From an uncultured Candidatus Binatia bacterium (GTDB taxonomy: Bacteria > Desulfobacterota > Binatia > Bin18), in assembly GCA_965214605.1 (NCBI GenBank), contig OZ243961.1, positions 416,001 through 480,000 on the forward strand: a DNA stretch of 64,000 bases, written 5' to 3'. Below the pieces are notes generated by a model. That model saw nothing but the letters and a program-made list of their open reading frames with translations, made no database searches and was not told where the DNA came from. The position numbers were made by a program, and so were the translations under genes. This document shows positions 49,725-60,107 of this stretch, one piece after another. Each line of letters starts with the position of its first letter. Positions within the stretch are counted from its first letter, which is position 1.

Positions 49725-50357
49725 ATGCGCATGATTCTTGTGGGTCCACCTGGAGCAGGCAAAGGGACCCAAGCGGCATTCTTAGTCGATACATTTCAGA
49801 TTACACATATTTCCAGCGGCGATATGCTGCGGGCCGCTGTTGCTGAAGGGACCCAGCTCGGCAAACAGGCCGACGCGTATATGAAAGCGGGCCAGCTCGT
49901 TCCAGATGATCTGGTGATAGCCCTGATCATCGAACGTATTGCCAAGCCGGACTGCGCCAGGGGTTTTATGCTCGACGGCTTTCCGCGCACCCGGCCCCAG
50001 GCTCAAGCGCTGGATGTCAACCTCAAGAACGCCGACGTCAGCCTAGACGTGGTTTTGCTGATCGAGGTTCCAGATGAACTGATCGTGGAACGGATTACTG
50101 GCCGCCGCTCAGATCCAGAGACAGGTGAAATCTATCATCTGACATTCCGTCCACCGCCGCCGGACATTGCCGATCGGGTTATGCAGCGTAAGGACGACAC
50201 GGCCGAAGCGTGTACCGCCCGGCTTGAAAAATACCACTCAGAGACCGCCCCGATTATCCCCTTCTATGAGGCACAGGGCCTTGTCAAACGTGTTGACGGG
50301 AATGCCGCCCCCGAAGAGGTCACCCGGCGTATCACCGCCGCCCTAGACGCCGTCTAG
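49725..50357 (+). CDS. adk: Adenylate kinase
   Basis: GPPGAGKGTQA, SGDMLR, LDGFPRT, QRKDD; GGAGG SD. Confidence 0.95.
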   Translation: MRMILVGPPGAGKGTQAAFLVDTFQITHISSGDMLRAAVAEGTQLGKQADAYMKAGQLVPDDLVIALIIERIAKPDCARGFMLDGFPRTRPQAQALDVNLKNADVSLDVVLLIEVPDELIVERITGRRSDPETGEIYHLTFRPPPPDIADRVMQRKDDTAEACTARLEKYHSETAPIIPFYEAQGLVKRVDGNAAPEEVTRRITAALDAV

Positions 50358-50386
50358 GGCCAAGCCGTCCGTACCTGACCCGCCTC

Positions 50387-50710
50387 TCAGCCCTTGGCGG
50401 CCCGATGACCTGGGTAGGCCACATTTTTATCATACACAAATCGATACTGCTGCGGCTTCGTGTGGGCAATCTTTTCGAGGACCATCCGGCCAGTCCGCTC
50501 CTCGAAGGTCTGGACCCAGCCAAGGAGGGTGCCTGGGTTGAGATATAGTCCTTTGAGGTCGACGAGGTGTTCAATATGCCTAGCCAGAGCGAACGCCGTT
50601 AGCGGCCGATCCGCCGTTTGGCGGTAGGCGTTGGCCACATATTCGACAAGCCGCTCTTCAATGCTCTGTAAGGCCGCACCAAACCCGAGACCAATATCAA
50701 TAGCCGGCAT
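50387..50710 (-). CDS. Hypothetical protein
   Basis: 107 aa from MPAIDIG with GGAAGG SD; fills the gap between adk and rpoH. Confidence 0.6.
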   Translation of the reverse strand: MPAIDIGLGFGAALQSIEERLVEYVANAYRQTADRPLTAFALARHIEHLVDLKGLYLNPGTLLGWVQTFEERTGRMVLEKIAHTKPQQYRFVYDKNVAYPGHRAAKG

Positions 50711-50793
50711 ATCACACCTTCCCAAAGCGGACCTGGATCCGTTCGACAAGTCCCCCGCTTGAATAGACGCTGTCCACAGTGTAAGCCAAAAAA

Positions 50794-51756
50794 ATGGGCA
50801 AAAAACAAGACCACAGGTCGCCGGATACGGCCCGGGAACCTGTCTCCCCGGCTATCCTTGAGCCTACCCCATCGGAGAAGTCTGGAGACCTTATCCTCTA
50901 CGATCCGCTCCAGCGCTATTTTGCGGCCATTGGGCGCTATCCCCTCCTGGGGCCAGAAGAAGAACACGACCTGGCCGTTGAGTACAAGGAGTACGGCGAC
51001 CTGCGGGCCGCCTACCGTCTGGTCACAGGCAACCTGCGGCTAGTAGTAAAGCTAGCCCGGGAGTACCAGCGCGCCAACGAACAGCTGCTAGAGCTTATTC
51101 AAGAGGGCAATACGGGCCTTATGGAAGCGGTCCAGAAGTTTGATCCATACCGTGGGGTGCGCTTCCCGTCCTATGCGGTCTGGTGGATTCGGGCCTATAT
51201 GTTACGTTTCCTGCTCCAGAACTTTCGCCTCGTCAAAATCGCCACCACCCGAGCCCAGCGCAAACTCTTCTACAACCTTCGTCGTGAAAAGGAACGGCTG
51301 GAAGCCCAGGGCTTTGTCCCCAGTCCCAAACTGATCGCCCACCGCCTGGAGGTTTCAGAGAACGATGTCGTCGAGATGGAGCAACGCCTAGCGGCGCCCG
51401 ACACCTCACTTAGCCTCCCCCTCAATGATACAGAATCGGGCGCCTCGCTAGGTGATATGGTCGCGGACCCATCGGCCTCACCCGAACAGCTGGTGGAAAC
51501 CGCCCATGACCAACGGCTCATACAAGACCACATCGCCGATTTTGCCGAGCAGCTGTCGGGTCGTGACAAAGTCATTTTTGAGCAACGGCTGATTGCCGAT
51601 GAACCGCGGACCCTTCAGGATATTGCCAACCAGTACAAACTGAGCCGCGAGCGTGTGCGGCAGATTGAGGGGCAAATCAAAAAGAAGCTCAAAGCCTACT
51701 TGCTCGACGCGTTCGAAGACGCTGAGGCCCTAGCGATCAGCTTCGACGACAGGTGA
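50794..51756 (+). CDS. rpoH: RNA polymerase sigma-32 family factor
   Basis: NLRLVVK, LIQEGN.GL, FDPYRG.RF..YA.WWI, RpoH box ATTRAQRKLFYNLR, SRERVRQIE. Confidence 0.9.
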   Translation: MGKKQDHRSPDTAREPVSPAILEPTPSEKSGDLILYDPLQRYFAAIGRYPLLGPEEEHDLAVEYKEYGDLRAAYRLVTGNLRLVVKLAREYQRANEQLLELIQEGNTGLMEAVQKFDPYRGVRFPSYAVWWIRAYMLRFLLQNFRLVKIATTRAQRKLFYNLRREKERLEAQGFVPSPKLIAHRLEVSENDVVEMEQRLAAPDTSLSLPLNDTESGASLGDMVADPSASPEQLVETAHDQRLIQDHIADFAEQLSGRDKVIFEQRLIADEPRTLQDIANQYKLSRERVRQIEGQIKKKLKAYLLDAFEDAEALAISFDDR

Positions 51757-52676
51757 GGCGTCCACGATGAGACCAAGAGCGGTTCTAGTGCGGCCAGCAG
51801 CTCATCCACGCTGTGGTTGACACCCTCAAACACCCGTACCACCAGACCGTCCCGATCGATTATATAGGTCAGCAAGACATGATCGACAATGCCCTCCGAG
51901 CCACCCCGATACTCGGCCCCATATTCGGTTGCCACGAGCAGGATATCTCGGGGCGAGCCGGTCAGGAATTTCCAGCCCGACAGATCAGCGCGGTAGCGCT
52001 CGGCGTACGCTTTGAGCACCTCTGGGGTATCGCGGCGGGGGTCAATGGTCACGGACACCAGCATCACCTGGGTGCCTAGACGCTCGCCCAGCCGTCGCTG
52101 CACATGGCTGAACTTGGTCGACAACATCGGACACGGGCCGGGACAATGGGTAAAGATGAAGTCCAACAAGACGACTTTGCCGCGCACACTCGACAGGCCA
52201 AAGGGTTGGGCGTCTTGATCGATGAGTAGGAAATCCGGGGCGGGAAACGGGGGAAAGGCAACCGACGCCGGATCTGCTTGATCCCCGTCCGAGCGGGCTG
52301 GGAGAGATTTATCGGGAGTCCCGTTTTGGGGGCTCGGCGGGTCTGCATCAGCAAGACGCTCGACGGCGACCACGTACAGGCTTTTGGAACGGTGTTCTAG
52401 ACTGAAGCGAATTGGATCTTCAGGGCTGAGGCCGCTCAGGACGACGGGATCTCTGACCTCAAACTCCATGGTCATGGCGGGCATAAAGCCGGGGATTTCC
52501 TCATGCGCGATCTTGATCTGCTTCTGCTCCGGCATCAACTGTTTGACCACGCCACGTACGTGATAAATCTGTGTCTCGGCCGGACGGCAGGCGAACAGAC
52601 CGCTCAGCAGCACTAGCCCGCTGATAAGGGCGACACACAGCGCGCGGCGAGCTTGGATGACACAGCGAGGAGGCAT
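51696..52676 (-). CDS. CusF-like copper-binding domain + SCO1/SenC lipoprotein
   Basis: LFAC lipobox, HEEIPGFMPAMTMEF, FTHCPGPCP, DPRRDTP, IVDH. Confidence 0.88.
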   Translation of the reverse strand: MPPRCVIQARRALCVALISGLVLLSGLFACRPAETQIYHVRGVVKQLMPEQKQIKIAHEEIPGFMPAMTMEFEVRDPVVLSGLSPEDPIRFSLEHRSKSLYVVAVERLADADPPSPQNGTPDKSLPARSDGDQADPASVAFPPFPAPDFLLIDQDAQPFGLSSVRGKVVLLDFIFTHCPGPCPMLSTKFSHVQRRLGERLGTQVMLVSVTIDPRRDTPEVLKAYAERYRADLSGWKFLTGSPRDILLVATEYGAEYRGGSEGIVDHVLLTYIIDRDGLVVRVFEGVNHSVDELLAALEPLLVSSWTPHLSSKLIARASASSNASSK

Positions 52677-52688
52677 CTGGGCTCTCCC

Positions 52689-54320
52689 TCAAAACTGAAA
52701 GATAGCGGTAAACACCGTCTCGTTCCTATTGTTATACCCGCCACCAAACCGTCCACCGATAAACCATGGCTCCTCGGTTGACTTACCCCAGTAGATGTCA
52801 TGGGTCAAGCGAAAGACCAGGTGGTTGGAATACAGATACTCGACCGATATGCGGTTAAAGAAGGTGCTCCCCAGGGGATTATAGGCGACCACGGCCAACG
52901 GCTGGACTAAGCCCCCAGGACCATAAATGGTCGAGGCCGACAGAGTAGCGACGACTCCGTCTTCGAAGATGCGGTCTGTGTTGACACTCATATAACGTCC
53001 GGGCAGGACTGCGCCCGAGTCGGGGTCGAACGCCCGGTGGGCGGACGGCACGCCTCGGAAAAAGCGATTATAGTCGGTGTAGTGCTGCCAGAAAAATTGG
53101 CCACTAATAAAAAAGGTCCGCAGGCTATTCAGGGGCCGAATCCAGGTGGGCCTGTCAAAGGCCAACATCAACAGAGTTTGCTCGGTGGTTTTGAAATTGT
53201 TGCGATCTTTATCCAGCCGGTGTGGGATGCCACGCGGGTCACGTGTGTCAAGCGGCATCGGGAGGCCGGTGGTGTAGGTGGCTTCGACTCGGTAGACGGC
53301 TTGGGTATACATCTCTTCGGAGTAGTTAGCTGACACACCGACGACGTGGCTGCGCGGGTTGACGAGGTCGAGCGGGACCGTCAGGGTGTTGTTGTCGAGA
53401 GGACCAACACGGTCGTTGCGGACCTTGACTCCAATCGAGTCGGACAGAGTCCAAAAGTAGTGCAGACCAAAGTCAACCAGTCCGTACACGGCTTTGAAGC
53501 GGACTCCGAGTTCGCTGTTTTTCAGCTGCCAGTCGGGTTTTTTATCTCGCACTGGAGTGACCAAATCGACTAGACTGCCGTCAGGCAGCATAGCGGTATT
53601 GACCGGTCCCCGGCGACGTGAGCCATAGTAACACCACGGCCGATAAGGGTTGGCGCAACCACGGTTGCGCTTAAAATCACCAGGGATCCAGATCCCCTCG
53701 ATAAACGATTCTTCGAACGGTCCGAATTTGCCGATGTCGTAGATAGCGCGGGTCATGAACAGCGGGAAGCGGATATCCTCCCAGGGTTCACGAGACCAGT
53801 GCCAGGAGGTATCTAGAGGGTTAATAACGTCTAGCGCCCGGAAGGTATCGGTTTCGCCCCAAATAACCTGTTGGCGGCCGATACGGAGGGTGACGGGCGG
53901 GATAGCTAGGTCCACGTAGGCTTCCCGAATCCAGTTCTCATATTTCAGATGAGAGCGACGCCCTTTGCTGAAGTGCTCGCGCCGCGAATCGGAGATGTCA
54001 TAGGTAGAGTCATAGGCAAAACGATAGATGAGTTTGAAAGTTGCCTCTTCGATGAATCCGGCCGACAGATCACCGATGGAGGAGCGGCTGTCTCGAATGA
54101 AGTTCCAGGTGTTTTCTAACTGTACGGTGTTCCGCTGGACGATGAGTTGCGCGTCCTGGTACTGGGGGGTGCGTAGCACAAACTGGCTCTGCATAAAGCC
54201 TTCGAGCTCTAAGTCGTCGCGCAGATTGATAATCGCCTGTGACTCAACAGCAAACAGCAAGACCAGACCAAAGATGGTAAGACAGCCAAGCATCTTCGGC
54301 AGCTGAGGGGACATATCCAT
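52689..54320 (-). CDS. DUF1302-like outer-membrane beta-barrel protein
   Basis: Signal peptide, IREAYVD..RIGRQQVIWGETD.FRALDVINP, C-terminal Phe. Confidence 0.72.
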   Translation of the reverse strand: MDMSPQLPKMLGCLTIFGLVLLFAVESQAIINLRDDLELEGFMQSQFVLRTPQYQDAQLIVQRNTVQLENTWNFIRDSRSSIGDLSAGFIEEATFKLIYRFAYDSTYDISDSRREHFSKGRRSHLKYENWIREAYVDLAIPPVTLRIGRQQVIWGETDTFRALDVINPLDTSWHWSREPWEDIRFPLFMTRAIYDIGKFGPFEESFIEGIWIPGDFKRNRGCANPYRPWCYYGSRRRGPVNTAMLPDGSLVDLVTPVRDKKPDWQLKNSELGVRFKAVYGLVDFGLHYFWTLSDSIGVKVRNDRVGPLDNNTLTVPLDLVNPRSHVVGVSANYSEEMYTQAVYRVEATYTTGLPMPLDTRDPRGIPHRLDKDRNNFKTTEQTLLMLAFDRPTWIRPLNSLRTFFISGQFFWQHYTDYNRFFRGVPSAHRAFDPDSGAVLPGRYMSVNTDRIFEDGVVATLSASTIYGPGGLVQPLAVVAYNPLGSTFFNRISVEYLYSNHLVFRLTHDIYWGKSTEEPWFIGGRFGGGYNNRNETVFTAIFQF

Positions 54321-54501
54321 CCAAAAACTCCTTTCAGGAGGCCGGCACTCCAGTGCGGCAGATTTGTAGGTCCAGCGGAAGAGTATATAGATGGGGAGGC
54401 CAAGAGCAAGGGGACTCATCCCTCCCGGCCTCTCTTACCTTTACCCGCTAGTAAATTGTGAAAAAGAAGAGGATAATCAGCCCGACACACAGGAGGGCCG
54501 C

Positions 54502-55953
54502 ATGTCACGCTCATCCACATCACCATCCGCCACAATTCGCGCCCGGCTCAATCATCCCGTGATTGACTCGGACGGACATATGATTGAGTTCGTGCCTGGC
54601 TTCTTGGACTATCTCAAGCAGGTCGGAGGCCAATCCATGGTCGACCTCTATCTGTCCCCGGAGCGGAACACCGGCAGCTGGGGCAAGATGTTTGCCTGGT
54701 ACCGCCTGTCAGCCGAAGAGCGCCACGCCCAACGCACCGCCCGCGCTCCGTGGTGGGCGGTGCCGACAAAAAACACCCTAGACCGGGCCACGGCCGGCCT
54801 GCCCAGATTACTCCACCAACGCCTAGATGAGATCGGCATTGACTTCACCGTGCTGTACCCTTCGCTGGGCTTAGCCTTCCCCCATATTGAGAATGCCGAA
54901 CTGCGCCAAGCCACCTGCCGGGCGCTCAACATGTTTGTGGCCGATTACTTCCGCGCCTACGCCGACCGCATGACTCCGGCCGCCTGTATTCCTATGCATA
55001 CGCCTCAGGAAGCGATAGAAGAGCTGGAGTATTGTGTGAAAATTCTCGGCCTCAAGGCAGTCATGATGGCCGGTCATGTCCAGCGGCCTATCCAAGCCGC
55101 GGTCGCCAAAGATGCCGGGCTAGGACTACACGCCTTTTGGATCGACAATTTCTGTATTGATAGCGTCTACGACTACGACCCGGTGTGGGCCAAGTGCGTG
55201 GAACTCAAGGTGCCCCCGACCTTTCACTCGCCTGGTATGGGCTGGGGCAGCCGAACTACCTCAAACTACATGTATAACCATACCGGACATTTTGCCGCGG
55301 CTGGCGATGCGGTGTGTAAGGCCCTGTTTATGGGAGGTGTCACCCGGCGTTTTCCGGGTCTCAAGTTTGGCTTTTTAGAGAGTGGAGTCGGCTGGGCTGC
55401 GGACCTGTACGCCGGCATGGTCGCCCGCTGGGAGAAACGCAACCCCCACGCCCTGAAGAACTATGATCCGGCCAATTTGAATGGCGAGCTGCTTCTGGAT
55501 CTCCACAAGCGTTATGGCGATGCCATCGTTCAGGATAAGCTGGACGACTTAAACCCGCGTCGGGGCTTTCCTGCTGGGATGCGTGAAAACCCGGACACTT
55601 TGGACGACTGGGCCCGCTGTGAGATCATCACAACAGAGGATATCAAAGACCTGTTTGTGCCGAATTTCTACTTTGGGTGTGAGGCCGATGATCCCCTCAA
55701 CGCCACAGCATTTGATACCAAGATGAACCCCTTTGGTGCACGCCTGGGCGCCATCTTTAGTTCAGACATCGGCCACTGGGACGTACCCGACATGACCGCA
55801 GTCTTGGCCGAAGCGTATGAGTTGGTAGAAAAACAGATTGTGACTGAGCGTGATTTTGAGGATTTTGTGTTTGCCAACCCAGTCGAACTGTGGACCGGGA
55901 TGAACTCCGAGTTCTTTCACGGCACGGTGGTCGAAGACGCGCTCAAAAAATGA
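54502..55953 (+). CDS. Amidohydrolase family protein (long form)
   Basis: VIDSDGH, VLYPS, FLESGVGW, FSSDIGHWD; AGGAGG SD. Confidence 0.88.
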   Translation: MSRSSTSPSATIRARLNHPVIDSDGHMIEFVPGFLDYLKQVGGQSMVDLYLSPERNTGSWGKMFAWYRLSAEERHAQRTARAPWWAVPTKNTLDRATAGLPRLLHQRLDEIGIDFTVLYPSLGLAFPHIENAELRQATCRALNMFVADYFRAYADRMTPAACIPMHTPQEAIEELEYCVKILGLKAVMMAGHVQRPIQAAVAKDAGLGLHAFWIDNFCIDSVYDYDPVWAKCVELKVPPTFHSPGMGWGSRTTSNYMYNHTGHFAAAGDAVCKALFMGGVTRRFPGLKFGFLESGVGWAADLYAGMVARWEKRNPHALKNYDPANLNGELLLDLHKRYGDAIVQDKLDDLNPRRGFPAGMRENPDTLDDWARCEIITTEDIKDLFVPNFYFGCEADDPLNATAFDTKMNPFGARLGAIFSSDIGHWDVPDMTAVLAEAYELVEKQIVTERDFEDFVFANPVELWTGMNSEFFHGTVVEDALKK

Positions 55954-56017
55954 GCAGTCTCATTTTCAGTAAATAGCCCTTGTTTTCCAGCCTCACTTTT
56001 TGTATAAGAGCTTGTGT

Positions 56018-56236
56018 ATGATAACGAGGAAATGGCCAGTCTGTCGGAAATGTGGTCAGGGAGTACTTATTCCACTCTCGGACTATGGACCGCACGGGGG
56101 CGATATCCTGTTCAAAGTTTGGGTGTGTCATAATCCGAACTGTGGCTTTAGCTTGCGCATCGACAAAGGTCAGGTCAGCACTGAGCACGTGGCTCACCCC
56201 TCTCCCCCTCCGGTCCAGCAAAAGCCCGAAAGATAG
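56018..56236 (+). CDS. Small Zn-ribbon protein
   Basis: CRKCGQGVLIPLSDYG...WVCHNPNCGF. Confidence 0.7.
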   Translation: MITRKWPVCRKCGQGVLIPLSDYGPHGGDILFKVWVCHNPNCGFSLRIDKGQVSTEHVAHPSPPPVQQKPER

Positions 56237-56489
56237 CGGCAAATCCGGGACTTGAGTGGTCGGTCTGGTGCTATCCGCCAGAACGGCCGACGTTCGTTCG
56301 CGCTCGCCCACGGACCATCATGACAAAGCAAACGCTATAGCGGAGGGACTCCGCTTCCTTCTTGACCGTCCTGCCCTTCTGGGCTCAAGGTCTGAACGGT
56401 ATTCGGAATGCCATGAAGAGTGGAGGGCATGGTGGACTTGCATAAAAGCAAAACGGGAGAGAGCTTCAAGCGCGAAAGGAGGCAGGACG

Positions 56490-56990
56490 ATGTCTGAGTA
56501 CACCACAGTGTTTGGCTCACTTGACCGCTACGAAAAAGGGCAGCTCGAAATTATCGAGGACGATCCGCGCCACTATGCTTTTTCCAACATTTTCGAGGTG
56601 GCGGCCCAGGCTCAGCCGTATGAAAAGATTGCAGTGGCCAAAAACCTGGAATACGTTGTCGAGGTTATCCGCGCCGAGGGCCGCTCAGATTGGTTTATGT
56701 GCGCGCACGACGAGTTTGTCGTGGTGTTGGATGGCCAGGTGGAGATTCATCTGCTGAAATCCGACGACCCGCGTTCTCTGCTGGCCCAGGACGTTCACGG
56801 GGCGGTCCGCGTTCCCGGCACACCGATCGGCCGCAAAATGGGTTGGATGAAACTACGCCGTGGCCATCAAGCCCTGCTCCCCGCAGACGCAGCCTATCAG
56901 TTTGTTGCAGAACAGCCCGGTGTCATCGTCCTGCAAACCCTGCACGGCACGCTCACCATTGAGAAGTGGGCCGAGGTATGCGAGGTGTAA
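56490..56990 (+). CDS. Hydroquinone 1,2-dioxygenase small subunit (HapC/PnpC1-like cupin)
   Basis: TVFGSL..YEKG, YAFSNIFEVA..PYEK, AHDEF, RGHQALLP, TIEKWAEVC. Confidence 0.85.
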   Translation: MSEYTTVFGSLDRYEKGQLEIIEDDPRHYAFSNIFEVAAQAQPYEKIAVAKNLEYVVEVIRAEGRSDWFMCAHDEFVVVLDGQVEIHLLKSDDPRSLLAQDVHGAVRVPGTPIGRKMGWMKLRRGHQALLPADAAYQFVAEQPGVIVLQTLHGTLTIEKWAEVCEV

Positions 56991-57016
56991 AACAACATTC
57001 TCAGAGGAGAGGCCTT

Positions 57017-58000
57017 ATGCTTAGCGCTTCAGTACCTCATCCCACCACCGGCTATAAAAGCTTTCAACTCGGCAGATTTTCGTTTAGCCGGGACGAATAT
57101 TTTGTGACTCTTAGCTGGCCCGTCCGAGAAATCCAACTGTCCCATACTATGCCGGTCGACGCGTTTCTGCGGGCGCTCGTCCGAGACGTGGCCTGGAACT
57201 TCTTCTATGGCTGGGTTAATTTCGACACCGTATTCGGTACGCGGAACCGGTACGGCCGCGTGGAGCTATACGCCGGTCGCTATAACGAGAGCTACCACCG
57301 GGCCGGCCTTGACTATGTCGAGAGTTTTGACACCCTCCAGATTCTCGAGACATTTCAAGGCATGCTGGCCGACTGGACCAACGCCGACTTTGATCCCTTT
57401 GCCGCTCCGACTGAGACTAGTACGTCCGTCTTTGGCAAAAAAAACGGCGACAATACTGCGGCGATTGAACGCCAGCGGGAGGTGTGTAAACGCATGCCGG
57501 GTTTACCCGGAGATGCGTCCCTGCGAACGGATGAGAATGGCTATACGGTCAACCGGGCGTTTGCCGACGTGGACCAAGATGAGCCCGAAGTCTATGCAGA
57601 GCCCGGCTTTGAGAACGAAGTCCACGCCTTCAATCTGTTCAAGTATCTGTCACGATCCGACGTCACCTGGAATCCGTCGGTTGTGTCGGTCTGCCGCAAC
57701 AGTCTGTTCTGTCCTACCACCGAGGAGCATATCCTGCCCGTCATTCACGGCAACGATCGGGTCGAGTGGTTCATTCAACTCAGCGATCAGATTACCTGGC
57801 AGATCAGCGACAAAGAAACCGGCCGCCCCCGGGCACGGGTCATCATGAAGCCGGGCGATGTAGCGGCCATGCCGGCCGATATTCGCCATCAGGGCTTCTC
57901 GCCCAAACGGGCCATGTTACTCGTGTGGGAAAACGCCACGCCGGGTTTGGCCGACAAATATGACGCGGGTGAGCTGTCGCCCTACCCGATTGAGCCATAG
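57017..58000 (+). CDS. Hydroquinone 1,2-dioxygenase large subunit (HapD/PnpC2-like)
   Basis: RDVAWNFFYGWVNFD, SDVTWNPSV, PTTEEHILPVIHGNDRVEWF, MPADIRHQG. Confidence 0.88.
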   Translation: MLSASVPHPTTGYKSFQLGRFSFSRDEYFVTLSWPVREIQLSHTMPVDAFLRALVRDVAWNFFYGWVNFDTVFGTRNRYGRVELYAGRYNESYHRAGLDYVESFDTLQILETFQGMLADWTNADFDPFAAPTETSTSVFGKKNGDNTAAIERQREVCKRMPGLPGDASLRTDENGYTVNRAFADVDQDEPEVYAEPGFENEVHAFNLFKYLSRSDVTWNPSVVSVCRNSLFCPTTEEHILPVIHGNDRVEWFIQLSDQITWQISDKETGRPRARVIMKPGDVAAMPADIRHQGFSPKRAMLLVWENATPGLADKYDAGELSPYPIEP

Positions 58001-58048
58001 CCTCCTGACACATCTCACCCGGCCCTTCGAGTCTTGTCGTGGTCTAGC

Positions 58049-58924
58049 CTACACGGCCTGCGCCCGCTCCACGATCAGTGCCACCCGGTCGATACAGCCA
58101 AATGGGTTGCCCTCAGCGATCTCTTTGGCAAACGGCTGTGAGAAGAGGACGATCCGTCTCGCTCCCGCATCCCGAAAGGCGGCTAACTCGTCGGCTGACA
58201 GCGCACCATCTTTTGGATCGACAAACGCCGACATCTCAAGCGCGTCTGGGTCGCGCCCAGCCTCTTTGGTCATGTCTCGAATCTTATTCACTTTGCTTTT
58301 ATAGTCCTCGGGATCAAACGCGAGCGGACACCATCCGTCATAGGTGCGGGCGACCCGTTCCAACGCTTTTGGCACGTGTCCGCCCAAGAAGATCGGCGGA
58401 CCGGACGGTTGGGTCGGTTTGGGGTCGCAATACACGGGTGGAAACTGGACCATTTCGCCCTGATAGCTGGGCTCGTCTTGGGTCCAGCAGATACGCAGCG
58501 CCTCGGTTGTCTCGCGCAGGCGTCTCCAGCGCAGCCGAAAACTGGTGCCCATGACCTCGGTCTCTTCTCGCAGCCAGCCCGCCCCAACCCCAATCATGAC
58601 CCGGCCGTTAGAGTACATGTCGAGACTGGCAATAACTTTGGCTGTGATCAGCGGTTCACGTTCCGGGAATAAACAAATGCCGGTCGCCAGCTTGAGCCGC
58701 GAGGTCACCGCCGCGGCCATGGTCAGGGCTACAAACGGGTCTGCCCAACGATTGTAGTGCCGGGGCAGAGTGCCCCCGCCCGGCACCTCGGTTTTGAAGC
58801 CGACCGGAATCACCGGATGTTCTGGAATCCACAGCGACTCAAAGCCAAGGCTCTCCACCCGCTGGGCAATTTCGGCGATATTCTTGGTATCAGACGTAGC
58901 TGGAACGAGAATGCCAATCTGCAT
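58049..58924 (-). CDS. LLM class F420-dependent oxidoreductase (Rv2161c-like)
   Basis: ESLWIPEHPVIP, ASLDMYSNGR, PKPTQPSGPP. Confidence 0.9.
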   Translation of the reverse strand: MQIGILVPATSDTKNIAEIAQRVESLGFESLWIPEHPVIPVGFKTEVPGGGTLPRHYNRWADPFVALTMAAAVTSRLKLATGICLFPEREPLITAKVIASLDMYSNGRVMIGVGAGWLREETEVMGTSFRLRWRRLRETTEALRICWTQDEPSYQGEMVQFPPVYCDPKPTQPSGPPIFLGGHVPKALERVARTYDGWCPLAFDPEDYKSKVNKIRDMTKEAGRDPDALEMSAFVDPKDGALSADELAAFRDAGARRIVLFSQPFAKEIAEGNPFGCIDRVALIVERAQAV

Positions 58925-58940
58925 CTTGTCTTCCCCCTTT

Positions 58941-60098
58941 TTAGTCCATTCGGATACTATCCATCGGTAGCAAAAAGGCCCACAGGTCGCGTCGGACGCC
59001 GGCATTTTTCATGGCCAGCTGAGCCGAACGGATGACCTCGCCGGCCTTGGTCGAGTCCCGATACCAGCGGGTGCTGGCCCAGGCCGCCGGCGTGTGCTCG
59101 GCGATGGCCAGCGCCGCGGTCTCATAATACCCCCGGATGTCCTGGGCCACCCGAGCCGGGACGCCGGGGATCTTGGCCTCTTTCCACGGCGTGCCTTGGG
59201 CAATCCGGATAAATGCCTCAAGCGCCTGCGGAATATTGTCGGGCTTGACCGTGCGCGTGGCGGCGACCCGCTCGCCGTGTTCGGCAACCGCCCGATCGTA
59301 GGCAGTTCGCAGACCGCGCGCCTCATCTACCGCGGGATGGGCGTCAGGATCATAGCGGGCTGGCAGAGGGCAGACTAAAATCTCCGAGCCCTGGTCAGCC
59401 ACCCGCTCGGGAAAATCTTCCAGAACCGGCTTGGAGTGCTCTAGCAGGGAGAATCCATGCGCTAGCACCCGATGCTGAAAGGCCGCATCACCAGGCTTGC
59501 CAAGCGGGCGGCCGAGCGGGAAGTCGCAGAACAGGCCGCGCGGTGGGGCCGTGTTGAGGAGCTGTTCACGAATGGATCCGAGCACAATCGTTGCCATACC
59601 AGCCGCCTCAAAAATGTGGGCCAGCGTACTCACGGTACGCGTGCACAGCGGTCACACCGGGGTGAGCACGACAACATCAACACCCCGCTCACGCAGATAG
59701 GACGCGCCAGCCGGGCCGCCGTCCATGCGGATCTGGTCCAGGTCAAACTGGTTGCCGGCATAGGCCAAGTGCCGCTCGGCCACCTGACCGATCGTGCCCT
59801 GGGCGGCGAGCTCATTGAGCCGATCAATCGGGAACACCACATTCAGGTCAAGCGCCACGCCCGAGGTATCGAAGTTCGGACTCCAGTGACCAACCAAATA
59901 GTCACGCCGCGCTCCGTCGAGCACTCGATAGCTGGTATCCATCGGTGCAAAATCATCCTGCTCAGGATGGTGGAGCGAGGCCGATGTCACCAGCGCGACA
60001 GTCGCCCGCTCCAGCGACGGGGAAGCGCTAAAGGCCGGATTATCAAACACCGGACACTCAATGTTACGGACCGCGTCTTTAATCTCAGTATCAGACAT
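58941..60098 (-). CDS. PrdB/GrdB-like selenoprotein (385 aa, Sec149) with C-terminal extension
   Basis: ORFs 59652..60098 and 58941..59633 are in the same frame and joined across TGA 59652-59654: VVVLTPV-U-PLC-TRTVSTLAHIFEAAG. DLNVVFPIDRL and DFPLGRPLG motifs match the selenoprotein B family. Confidence 0.85.
59615..59647 (-). promoter_or_regulatory. Candidate bacterial SECIS element
   Basis: UGUGCAC-GCGUAC[CGUGA]GUACGC-UGGCCCACA; the apical loop begins 17 nt after the UGA and has G at loop position 2 followed by U. Confidence 0.65.
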
Positions 60099-60107
60099 GC
60101 GACCTCC

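Noticed and set aside
51696-51756. 61-bp convergent overlap of the rpoH and SCO genes as a regulatory feature
   Set aside because: Most simply a short C-terminal run-on of the SCO ORF; no further evidence
56420-56445. Possible sigma54 promoter (GGCAT...TTGCA) before the hydroquinone dioxygenase
   Set aside because: GG-to-GC spacing is 12 nt, not the required 10
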